Source of the DNA: a plasmid
Strand: one strand, 5' to 3'
Sequence record: NZ_LR134454.1
Length of the DNA stretch: 64,000 bases
Shown here in pieces: positions 1 to 7,992 of this stretch; position 1 is the stretch's first letter, and the number at the start of each line of letters is the position of its first letter. Both the position numbers and the translations under genes were made by a program. The notes under the pieces were generated by a model, which was given only the letters and a program-made list of their open reading frames with translations, was not told the DNA's origin and did not search any database.

Positions 1-407
1 CCTGGCTCAGCAACTCATTTCACCGAAATATGCTGCACATCGAATGGGCAGGCGCACCAGCATCTGTAAAGTTCCGTGCCAACGCCACCGAGGAGAGCGT
101 CCACTGGGGTTACAGTGTTGCGCTCGACTACGCTACTTCTTACTACCCCCGACGCTCGGACGAAGAATTCTTCCCTCTTTATCGCACTTTCGAATCGATC
201 GAGCGTGGGGCGTATGCCATCCTAGAGCGAGGAAAGAGGATTGCCAAACCGCGGTTTTCTCGCGAGCAGGCATTTGTTATCTACGCGATGTTTGTTGGTG
301 AGCATGAGAGCGCACACCGCATGTACACCACACTGCAGCGATTCGAAGCACCCGAAGCAACCAGCTTCTCGAACGCCATCGAAGTGATCTTTGGGCGATT
401 GCCGTAA
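1..407 (+). CDS. hypothetical protein, 5'-partial (reading frame open to window edge) in low-GC segment
   Basis: ORF 30..407 whose frame stays open back to nt 1. GC is about 52%, versus about 70% for the rest of the window. No recognisable motif. Confidence 0.3.
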   Translation, partial: WLSNSFHRNMLHIEWAGAPASVKFRANATEESVHWGYSVALDYATSYYPRRSDEEFFPLYRTFESIERGAYAILERGKRIAKPRFSREQAFVIYAMFVGEHESAHRMYTTLQRFEAPEATSFSNAIEVIFGRLP

Positions 408-528
408 GCAGTTCGGCTTCAAGGGCTCGACGCAAGAGATGTGTTGCTAGCTCTTCGGGATGGATGCTGACTGCGGCTCAAAAGATAAAACGATACAACG
501 ACAAACTCAATGGGGAGTGGAAACAATA

Positions 529-1011
529 ATGAGAACGGTGCTTCGATATTCGCTGCGGATCGCGATTGCCGCGTGTGTGGTCGCACCCGTGGCAGGGTGC
601 GGTCTCGAGCATGCTGGAAATGCACCTACGACGTACGTTCGTCCCGGGCACACGCTGCCGGCATCGACCACGTCAGTGAGTTCGCCGACTGCCGTAAGCT
701 CGTCCGTTCCGGAACCGACGACCGTCCCTACGATCGCAGATACCTGCTCCGGGAGCTACTGGTACGGCGACGCGGTCAACACGCACGTATGGATCGGACG
801 GCGCGTCGCGCAGGACGCCAGGATTGTCGTGACGACCACCGACGGGAAGGTCAGTTCATGGACGAACACCGTCACGTCCGACGACGGGTACGCCCGTAAG
901 GGCTGGTACAGCGAGTCCACGACGCCGTTGCTCGGCACTCCGGTGGCGACGGTCAAACGTGTCGACCTCCAGATCGACGGTCGAACCTGCCCGATCCGAA
1001 AGACGGGATAG
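529..1011 (+). CDS. putative lipoprotein (signal peptide + lipobox VAGCG), unknown function
   Basis: Internal ATG at 529 (M24 of ORF 460..1011) preceded by GGAG. The N-terminus MRTVLRYSLRIAIAACVVAPVAGCG is a typical lipoprotein signal. The mature part is Ser/Thr-rich. Confidence 0.5.
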   Translation: MRTVLRYSLRIAIAACVVAPVAGCGLEHAGNAPTTYVRPGHTLPASTTSVSSPTAVSSSVPEPTTVPTIADTCSGSYWYGDAVNTHVWIGRRVAQDARIVVTTTDGKVSSWTNTVTSDDGYARKGWYSESTTPLLGTPVATVKRVDLQIDGRTCPIRKTG

Positions 1012-1060
1012 TCAGACCGGCCGGTGAGTCGCCGACCTATCGCGAAGCGGCAGCGGTGGA

Positions 1061-1756
1061 CTAGGAGCTGACGCCGAGGCGGTTGAGGAGGTCGGCGTCG
1101 ATGCCGTCGAGCTCGCGGGCGATGGCCTGGTGCGCCGGGCGGCGGCGCGCGGGCGGCATCGACTCGGACGCGGTGATGGCGGTGCCCAGGTCGTCGAGGC
1201 GCTGCGCCACGGCGGCGGTGAAGGACTTGGTCTCCGCATCGGGGTGCGTGGCCGCCAGCTGGTCCAGCGAGCGACGGGCCGCCGCGACGCGGGCCGAGAG
1301 GCCGCCGCCGTAGCCGGCGAACGCCGCGACCTCGTCGACGGGCACGCCGAGGCGCGAGGCCTTGGCCGCATCGAGCTGGTTCCGGCCGGCCTGCGCCGCC
1401 CGGTAGGCGATCGGCACCACGACAGGCGCCAGCAGGCGCGCGGTCGAGATGTAGCGCTTGAGCCGCGCCTCGGAGAGGAGCTTGCCGTCGACGGCCGCGC
1501 GGGCCTGGGTCTCGGCGATCTTCAGGTTCGCCGCATCGGCCTTGCCCTGCGCCTTCGCCACGATCTTCGAGCGCTGCAGGTCGGCCTTCAGCGCCTTGCG
1601 CTCGCTCTTCGACGCGTTCTTCACGACGCGCTTGGCGTCACGGTCCGCGTTCTTGGCGGCGAGCTTCGCCTCGAGGCGCCCCTTGGACTTGAGCGCCTTG
1701 GCCTGCGCGCGGCGCTCCGCGCGGGAGGACTTCGTCTTCTTGCCGAACAAACCCAT
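1061..1756 (-). CDS. conserved hypothetical protein with Lys/Ala-rich N-terminus (231 aa)
   Basis: Internal Met (MGLFGKKTKSS...) of the artefactual 1058-aa ORF. N-terminal KA-rich repeats give a histone-like low-complexity region. GC3 is high. Confidence 0.55.
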   Translation of the reverse strand: MGLFGKKTKSSRAERRAQAKALKSKGRLEAKLAAKNADRDAKRVVKNASKSERKALKADLQRSKIVAKAQGKADAANLKIAETQARAAVDGKLLSEARLKRYISTARLLAPVVVPIAYRAAQAGRNQLDAAKASRLGVPVDEVAAFAGYGGGLSARVAAARRSLDQLAATHPDAETKSFTAAVAQRLDDLGTAITASESMPPARRRPAHQAIARELDGIDADLLNRLGVSS

Positions 1757-1852
1757 CAGTGCACGTCCTTGTAGGTCAGTACTGCCGTCCGGTACAGCAT
1801 TGCACAGCGCGGCTCCGCGGGTTGTCGGTGCCGCCCGCCATACTGCTAAGCA

Positions 1853-3400
1853 GTGGACATCGACCAGGGCATCAAGACGACTCCGGTGAGCGCGCGCTCG
1901 CTCACCGGTTGTCGGCACCGTCTGGCGCTCGAGGCCCGCGCCCCGCAGGGCGAGCCCGACCCGGGCATGGCGCTCCGGGTCGAGGCGGCCGCCGTCTTCC
2001 GCGCGTCCGTCCGCGACCGGCTGCCAGGGCTCACCGTCATCGAGCCCGGGGAGGGCGCGGTGCGCCGCACCCTCGCCGCGATGGAGGCCGGTGCCGATCG
2101 GATCTGGAACGCCGTGCTGCCCACCGCGCACGATCGCCGCGGCCACAGCGAGCTCCTCGTCCGCCTCGCCGACGGCTACATCCCCGTCATCGTCGTCAAC
2201 CACAAGACCTGCGACCCCGGCGCCGGCGCCGTGACGTCGCCGCTGGACCGCTGGGAGCCCCGCGAGGACGCGACGGTCCGCTCCCGCCAGCACCGCGGCG
2301 ACCAGATGCGCCTCGCGCACCTCACCCGGATGCTGCAGGACGCGGGCTTCGCGTCCCGGACGCTGCTCGGCGGGAGCATCGGGGTCGACGGTGCGCGCAT
2401 CGTCGTCCAGGAGGTCGGGCCGCTCCTGGCCGCCTACGACGAGCGGTTCGCGGACCGTCGGGCCGTCCTGGCCGGCACCGTGGAGACCGAGCCCGTGCGG
2501 GTGGCCGAGTGCCGACGGTGCCCCTGGTGGCCGCAGTGCGCGCAGACCCTGACGCTCGCGCGGGACGTGAGCCTGGTGGCCGACGGGCGTTCGGCGCCCG
2601 GGCTGCGCGAGGCGGGCATCGGCACCGTCGACCAGCTGGCCGAGTACGTGGGGCCCCAGCCCGAGGACGTGCCCGTGCCCATCGCCGACCTGCGGGCCAT
2701 GGCCCGCGCGTGGCGGGACGGGCAGGTGCTCGTGCGGCGGCAGCCCGAGGTGAAGGTGCGCCGGGCCGACGTCGAGGTCGACGTCGATATGGAGAGCTAC
2801 CAGGAGTACGGCGCCTACCTGTGGGGCACGTGGCTGCGGCGCGACGGCGTCGACCTCGGCTACCGGCCCTTCGTCACCTGGGACCCCGTGCCCACGCGCG
2901 ACGAGGCCCGCTCGTTCGCCGAGTTCTGGGCCTTCCTCATGGACCGTCGCGCGGAGGCGCACGCCGCGGGCAAGACCTTCGCCGCGTACTGCTACTCGCA
3001 GAACGCCGAGAACAAGTGGCTGCTGGCCTCCGCGGACCGGTTCGCGGGCGAGCCGGGCGTGCCCGTGCGGCGGGCCGTGGAGGAATTCATCGCCTCGCCC
3101 GAGTGGGTCGACATGTTCGACGCCGTCGGCGACGCCTTCCTCTCCCTCGAGGGCCGAGGCCTGAAGAAGGTGGCGCCCGTCGCCGGATTCCATTGGCGCG
3201 ACGCGGAGGCCGGCGGCGAGGCGTCGATGCTCTGGTACCGCGTGGGCGTCGGGATCGACGCCGGCTTCGCCGACGAGGACCGGGCCGTCCAGCGGCAGCG
3301 GATCCTCGACTACAACGAGGACGACGTGAAGGCCACCGCGGCGCTCCGCGCGTTCATGTCGAGCGAGAAGGTGCTCGCGCTGCCGGTGGTGGGCGGCTAG
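1853..3400 (+). CDS. TM0106-family RecB-like (PD-(D/E)XK) putative nuclease with C-terminal RNase-H-like domain
   Basis: 515-aa ORF. Carries a CRRCPWWPQC cysteine cluster as in AddB/Cas4-type Fe-S nucleases. The C-terminal region (SQNAENKWL ... YNEDDVKA) looks like a DnaQ/RNase-H-like fold. Confidence 0.6.
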   Translation: MDIDQGIKTTPVSARSLTGCRHRLALEARAPQGEPDPGMALRVEAAAVFRASVRDRLPGLTVIEPGEGAVRRTLAAMEAGADRIWNAVLPTAHDRRGHSELLVRLADGYIPVIVVNHKTCDPGAGAVTSPLDRWEPREDATVRSRQHRGDQMRLAHLTRMLQDAGFASRTLLGGSIGVDGARIVVQEVGPLLAAYDERFADRRAVLAGTVETEPVRVAECRRCPWWPQCAQTLTLARDVSLVADGRSAPGLREAGIGTVDQLAEYVGPQPEDVPVPIADLRAMARAWRDGQVLVRRQPEVKVRRADVEVDVDMESYQEYGAYLWGTWLRRDGVDLGYRPFVTWDPVPTRDEARSFAEFWAFLMDRRAEAHAAGKTFAAYCYSQNAENKWLLASADRFAGEPGVPVRRAVEEFIASPEWVDMFDAVGDAFLSLEGRGLKKVAPVAGFHWRDAEAGGEASMLWYRVGVGIDAGFADEDRAVQRQRILDYNEDDVKATAALRAFMSSEKVLALPVVGG

Positions 3401-4338
3401 GGCCTGCCGGCCATGAACTTCTGCATGTCGGCGAGGACGCGCTCCGCGGCGACGGTGGAGGCGTTGAGGAACCAGGGGTCGACGTCGACCTCGAAGGCGC
3501 GTCCGCGCTCGACGACCGGCAACTTCTTCCACAGCGCCGCCTCCGTCATGTCGCGCGAGGCCTTCGGGAACGAGTAGAACAGCCAGTCGGCGTCGAGCAT
3601 CCCCACCTCCTCCGGCGACAGCGCGCGGCTCGCGACGTCGGAGAAGCGCTGGGCCGCAGGGCGGGTCAGGCCGGCATCCGTGCCGACGATGCTCGCCAGG
3701 GCCAGCGTCCCGAAGTACAGGTACTGATCGCCGCGCGCCCGGACCAGCGAGACGGTCGCGGCGTCGCCGCGCGACTGCGCCCACGCGCGGGCGCGGCCCG
3801 CGTAGTCGGCGAGCAGCTTCTCGCCGGACTGCTTTCGCTTCAGCGCCTCGGCGACGGTCGTCAGGTCGGTCTTGAACGCCTCCGAGCCGCCCGCGGTGAG
3901 CACGGTGGGGGCCATCTTCGCCAGCTGCTCGTTGAGGGACTTGTCGGCCCGCTTGTTCGACAGGATCAGGTCGGGCTTGAGTGCGGCGATCTTCTCCGGG
4001 TCCGGCGTCATCCGCTCGCCGACGATCTGGATCGCGTCGAGGTCGTACTTCGCGCCGAAGGCGTCGCGGATGAACTGGGGGATCCCGGTGCTGTTGCTCG
4101 CCTCCGGGGCGACCACCGCGAGGCCGACCGGCACCGTTCCCAGCGCGAGGCAGTGATCCAGGTGTCCGGTGGAGAGCGCGACCACCCGCTTCGGGCCGTC
4201 GTCGCCCGTCTGCGCGGACGTGCCGTCGGCGCCGCACGCGGACAGCGCGGCCGCGGCGCCCAGGCCGCCCGCGCCGAGGAGCAGCGATCGTCGGCTGAGG
4301 GGGCGGCGCATCGGGGAGCGAGGACTCGGGGAGGTCAT
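3397..4338 (-). CDS. ABC transporter substrate-binding lipoprotein, iron-siderophore (FecB/FepB-like) type, Tat signal
   Basis: N-terminus MRRPLSRRSLLLGAGGLGAAAALSACG has a twin-arginine motif and a lipobox. Periplasmic binding protein class III signature throughout. The 3' end overlaps the convergent upstream gene by 4 nt. Confidence 0.75.
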   Translation of the reverse strand: MTSPSPRSPMRRPLSRRSLLLGAGGLGAAAALSACGADGTSAQTGDDGPKRVVALSTGHLDHCLALGTVPVGLAVVAPEASNSTGIPQFIRDAFGAKYDLDAIQIVGERMTPDPEKIAALKPDLILSNKRADKSLNEQLAKMAPTVLTAGGSEAFKTDLTTVAEALKRKQSGEKLLADYAGRARAWAQSRGDAATVSLVRARGDQYLYFGTLALASIVGTDAGLTRPAAQRFSDVASRALSPEEVGMLDADWLFYSFPKASRDMTEAALWKKLPVVERGRAFEVDVDPWFLNASTVAAERVLADMQKFMAGRP

Positions 4339-4419
4339 CGCTTTAGGTTAGGCTAAGGATAGTTGGCGCGACGCGCGACCCCGCCAACCAGCAAGGCGCT
4401 CGGGATCTGCTCGGGAGGG

Positions 4420-5535
4420 CTAGGCCTGGGCCTGGCGCAGGTGCGCGCGACGCAGGGCGTCGGCGAAGCTGCCGCTGCCCAGGAGCGCGACGCCACCGAG
4501 GATGGCGATCATCGCGGGGGAGAGCTGCCGCGCCGTCTCCGCCGCGACCGGCGCCACGCGCTGCGCCGACGTGTACGCCGCCGCGAAGACGGTGCTGTTG
4601 CCGTTGCTGCCGGAGCTCTGCTCCGCCGGCGTGCGGTCGGTGTTCGACGGTGCCGGGGCCGCGGGGGCCGGAGCCGCCGGCTTCGGGGCGGCGGGCTTCG
4701 GTGCCGGTGCAGGCGCGGGAGCCGGAAGGACCGGGCCGGCCACGACGACCGGCGGGACGATGACCGGCGCGACGACGGCCGGGGCCACGGGTGCCGCTGC
4801 GCCGACGCCTGCGGCCGGAGCCGAGGGGCGGGCGTCGCTGCTGCTGCTCGTGGAGCCGCTGTCCTTGGTCGAACCCGGCGACTCGGGGAGCGGGTTGCCC
4901 GTGCGCACGCCGCTGCCGCTGGAGATGGGGGCGCCGCCCGAGCCGGTCGAATTGGTGGAACCGGTCGACGAGCTCGACGACGAGCCGGAATCGGAGCCGC
5001 CCGCGCTGGGGATCGTGGGCGAGGTCGCGGTGCCCGTCGAGCCGCCGCTGCTCGAGCCGCCCCCGCCGAAGATGCCGCCGATGATGCCGATCAGGCCGCC
5101 GCCGTGGCCGTGGCCCTTGTCCTTGCCGTTGTCGCCCTCTTCCTTATCGGGCTTGTTGCTGCCCGTCTCGGTCTCGTCACCCGTCGTCGTGCCGCCGCCG
5201 TTCGGCGAGCCGGTGTCGGTGGAGGAGTCGCCCGAGCCACTGCCGCGAGAGGAGCTGCTGCCGGCTCCGACGCCGCTGCCACCGCCGCTCCGGGAGTCGT
5301 TGCCCGTCGCGCGGCCGGCGCTGCCCGTGGTGGACGCATCGTCGTTCGAACCTCTCGACGATGCGGACGAGGAGCCGTCCGTGCTCTGCGAGGTCGAGCT
5401 GCCGGATCCGGAGCCACTGTCGGAATCCGACGAATCGGGGGTCGCCCAGGCGGGCGCGGAGGCGATGGCGCCGAGGGCGAGAGCGGTGATGCCGATGGCC
5501 CGGAGACGTCGGGAGAGATGGGTCGGACGCGACAC
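4420..5535 (-). CDS. secreted low-complexity Ser/Gly/Thr- and Pro/Ala-rich protein with C-terminal hydrophobic anchor (Erp-like architecture)
   Basis: Clean Sec signal (…ASAPAWA|TP). Long DSGSGSGS/STGS tracts, then PAPAPAPAPKPAAPKPAAP, then a C-terminal hydrophobic segment ILGGVALLGSGSF followed by RRAHLRQAQA. The opposite-strand Pro-rich ORFs are mirror frames. Confidence 0.5.
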   Translation of the reverse strand: MSRPTHLSRRLRAIGITALALGAIASAPAWATPDSSDSDSGSGSGSSTSQSTDGSSSASSRGSNDDASTTGSAGRATGNDSRSGGGSGVGAGSSSSRGSGSGDSSTDTGSPNGGGTTTGDETETGSNKPDKEEGDNGKDKGHGHGGGLIGIIGGIFGGGGSSSGGSTGTATSPTIPSAGGSDSGSSSSSSTGSTNSTGSGGAPISSGSGVRTGNPLPESPGSTKDSGSTSSSSDARPSAPAAGVGAAAPVAPAVVAPVIVPPVVVAGPVLPAPAPAPAPKPAAPKPAAPAPAAPAPSNTDRTPAEQSSGSNGNSTVFAAAYTSAQRVAPVAAETARQLSPAMIAILGGVALLGSGSFADALRRAHLRQAQA

Positions 5536-5716
5536 AACACACCCCTTCCGCTATTCGTGCACAGGCGTAGGTAAGAATACAGTATCCGCGCTCATGGGTG
5601 ATAGCCGATCACGAAGCGGTCGTGTTCCATGGCGAAGTGCGCTATAGTGTGATCGAGGCTTGTGGACTCGCAATAAGATGTGTTCAGCGAGTCCGGAGTG
5701 CCGGTGATAGAGAGGG

Positions 5717-6208
5717 ATGGCACAAGTGGATACAGGTAATAAGTACGACAGCGACGCTCTGGTGGGCCAGGGCCTGTTCGCGAGTCGTCTCGAGGAGCTG
5801 TTCCGCACGGTGCCCGGCCCGAACGGTCGCGCATTCACCGCGAAGGCGATCGCCCAGCGTTCGACCGCCCTGGGCTTCCGCCTGGGCGAGTCCTACCTGA
5901 GCCAGCTCCGTTCCGGCAAGGCGAAGTCGCCGTCCTTCCGCACCGTCGAGGGCATCTCGGCCGCGTTCGGCGTCGACGTGCACTACTTCCTCGAGGACGA
6001 GGCCGCCCAGCGCACGCGCGACCAGATCCACCTCATGCGCCTCCAGGCCGACACCAAGGTGCAGATGGCCGCGTTCCGCCTGGCAGGGCTCTCGCCCGAC
6101 TCGGTGAACATGGTCAACGAGCTCATCAAGGTGTTGCGAGTGCAGCAGGGCTTGCCCGCCGACCCGCCCGAGCTTCCCGTAGACTCGCGCGAAAACGAGG
6201 GGCTCTAG
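5717..6208 (+). CDS. XRE-family HTH nucleoid-associated regulator, EspR-like
   Basis: The HTH region YLSQLRSGKAKSPSFRTVEGISAAFGVDVHYF and the N-terminal RLEELFRTVPGP match the M. tuberculosis EspR pattern as recalled. The gene lies in the sodA neighbourhood, as in M. tuberculosis. Confidence 0.7.
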   Translation: MAQVDTGNKYDSDALVGQGLFASRLEELFRTVPGPNGRAFTAKAIAQRSTALGFRLGESYLSQLRSGKAKSPSFRTVEGISAAFGVDVHYFLEDEAAQRTRDQIHLMRLQADTKVQMAAFRLAGLSPDSVNMVNELIKVLRVQQGLPADPPELPVDSRENEGL

Positions 6209-6297
6209 CCTCAGCGGCTGACGCGTCGCGGCCCTCCGGGCCGCCGTGAGTGTGCCTCCGGCACCGTCGTCCCTCTACGACCGTGTGGAGGTGGGCT

Positions 6298-6810
6298 GTG
6301 CGTTCCGTCAAAGCGCTGCGCCGCCTGTGTGAGAACGAGGTGCGCAGCCTCGACCTGGACCTGCCCTTCGACGCGGTCCAGCTGTGCGAGAAGTACGGCA
6401 AGCGCCGCGGCCGCGACATCCTGGTGATCTCGCAGCCGCTGCCCGTCGGCATGCCGAACGGCCTGTGGCTCGTCGGCGACGACGCGGACTACTTCTTCTA
6501 CCAGGCCAATACGTCGCGCACGCACCGCGACCAGATCATCATCCATGAGTTCGGCCACCTCATCGCAGGCCACCAGAACGCCGGTCCAACAGCGGCCGCA
6601 CCGCAGACCGCGGAGATGTCCTCCCCGGAGGCCGACGCCGCGCTGCACCGCACCTGTTACGACGACGAGCACGAGTGGGAGGCCGAGATGATCGCCTCCA
6701 TCATTCTCGGCTGGGCGTCCGAAGCCGGCGCGCTCGCCGGTCGCACCGCCAAGCACGACAGTCTGCGCGGCATCCAGCGCGCCCTGGGAGGTCATTCCCG
6801 GTGGCTGTGA
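6298..6810 (+). CDS. ImmA/IrrE-family (COG2856-like) HExxH zinc metallopeptidase-domain protein
   Basis: GTG start at 6298 preceded by GGAGGTGGG. Motif IIIHEFGHLIAGH gives HExxH. It sits immediately downstream of an XRE HTH gene, the classic ImmR/ImmA and DdrO/IrrE pairing. Confidence 0.55.
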   Translation: MRSVKALRRLCENEVRSLDLDLPFDAVQLCEKYGKRRGRDILVISQPLPVGMPNGLWLVGDDADYFFYQANTSRTHRDQIIIHEFGHLIAGHQNAGPTAAAPQTAEMSSPEADAALHRTCYDDEHEWEAEMIASIILGWASEAGALAGRTAKHDSLRGIQRALGGHSRWL

Positions 6811-7913
6811 AGCTCGTGAACGTACTCGGCGTCGCGTTCTTCACCCTGGTGTTGTGCTGGCGCATCGACCGGCTCTACCGCGCGAAGGCCGGGATCCAGG
6901 CCGTCGCGGTCACTGTCGCCATCGCCGCGCTGACGCTCGCCGTGCTCCTGCTCGGCTCGCCGATCGCGCCCACCATCGACGGTGCGTTGTGGCGGGGCGC
7001 CTCCCGCCTCGGCGGCTACGCCTCGCTCGCCCTGGGCGTCGCCGCGTTGGCCGTCGCCTTCTTCTACGGCCCCACCGAATCGGCCCGCCAACGTCGCGCG
7101 GGGATGGAGGCCATCCCGCTCATCGCCGCGGTCGTCGGCCTGTCCGTCGCCATGAACGTGACGCCGCCGTCGCTGCGCGACGCGAGCCTCGACACCCTCA
7201 CCGTGCAGGAACTGGGCTTCGCCGTCTTCTTCGTCATCGCCGGCGGCTATCTGATGTACGGGCTCGCGGACTGCGTCCTCTCGCTGACCCGGCTCATGCC
7301 CTTCGCCGACGGCTACCTCACGACGTCGCTGCGGCTCATGTCCGCGGGCCTCGCGATCACCGCCGTCGGCTCCCTCGCGCAGGTCGCGTTCGTGCTCACC
7401 AGCGCGGGCCACGTGGCCTCCTGGCCGGTCCTGCTGAGCCTGTCGCAGGCCTGCACCGCGGGCGGCATCCTGCTGTTCGTCGTGGGCCTGAGCTACCCGG
7501 GCGTGCGCGGCTTCGTCGTGCAGATGCAGTACCGCAAGAAGCACCGCCGGGACTACAAGCGGCTCGAGCCGCTCTGGACGCTGCTCACCACCGCGGTCCC
7601 CGAGGTCGTGCTCGATGCGGGTAAGGCGCGCCGCGACCCGCACCTGCGCTTCCAGCGCCGGGTCGTCGAGATCCGCGACGTGCTGGTCCAGCTCAGCCCG
7701 TACCTGCCCGACGACTTCGGCGACGGCGTGCCCGAGGAGAACGTGCACAACCTGCTCGTGGCGATCGACCTGCGCAACGAGGCCGGGGCGGCGCCGGCAC
7801 CGTCGAGCATGGTGCTTCCGCCCGACGGCCCCTCCATCGACGACGACGCCGCCCCGCTCCTCGTCCTGTCGGACGCGGTCGGGGCGACGCCGGCGGAGGA
7901 ACTGCAGATCTAG
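6807..7913 (+). CDS. polytopic membrane protein with cytoplasmic C-terminal domain (possibly MAB_1171c/DUF6545-type)
   Basis: GTG start overlaps the upstream stop (GTGA at 6807–6810), indicating translational coupling. Eight or more predicted TM helices, followed by a basic and conserved-looking C-terminal segment YRKKHRRDYKRLEPLW…. Confidence 0.6.
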   Translation: MKLVNVLGVAFFTLVLCWRIDRLYRAKAGIQAVAVTVAIAALTLAVLLLGSPIAPTIDGALWRGASRLGGYASLALGVAALAVAFFYGPTESARQRRAGMEAIPLIAAVVGLSVAMNVTPPSLRDASLDTLTVQELGFAVFFVIAGGYLMYGLADCVLSLTRLMPFADGYLTTSLRLMSAGLAITAVGSLAQVAFVLTSAGHVASWPVLLSLSQACTAGGILLFVVGLSYPGVRGFVVQMQYRKKHRRDYKRLEPLWTLLTTAVPEVVLDAGKARRDPHLRFQRRVVEIRDVLVQLSPYLPDDFGDGVPEENVHNLLVAIDLRNEAGAAPAPSSMVLPPDGPSIDDDAAPLLVLSDAVGATPAEELQI

Positions 7914-7992
7914 CGCGGAGCCATCCGAATGGCTGCGATCCCGCGGCCATTCGGGTGGCCGAGCAGGTCTAGCGCGGAGCCATCCGAATGGC
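7909..7992. repeat. 25-bp perfect direct repeat (tctagcgcggagccatccgaatggc) duplicating the 3' end of the SDR gene, copies at 7909–7933 and 7968–7992
   Basis: Seen directly in the sequence. Copy 1 contains the stop of the + membrane gene. Copy 2 contains the stop of the − SDR gene. Confidence 0.8.
7925..7954. terminator. intergenic hairpin (9-bp stem ccgaatggc/gccattcgg, 12-nt loop) between convergent genes
   Basis: Inverted repeat at 7925–7933 and 7946–7954. There is no U-tract, which is typical for high-GC actinobacteria. Confidence 0.3.

Noticed and set aside
1061-4237. 1058-aa ORF on the minus strand
   Set aside because: Artefact of stop-poor high-GC DNA. It runs antisense through the 1853–3400 nuclease gene and into the SBP gene. 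Only its last 231 codons (1061–1756) form a plausible gene.
4363-5647. Pro/Arg-rich plus-strand ORFs (403 aa, 381 aa) overlapping the secreted repetitive protein gene
   Set aside because: Mirror frames of a simple-repeat region. Only the minus frame has a signal peptide and sensible start context.
7909-7992. 25-bp direct repeats as att sites of an integrated element
   Set aside because: The copies are only 59 bp apart and enclose nothing. They are interpreted as a local terminus duplication or hairpin.
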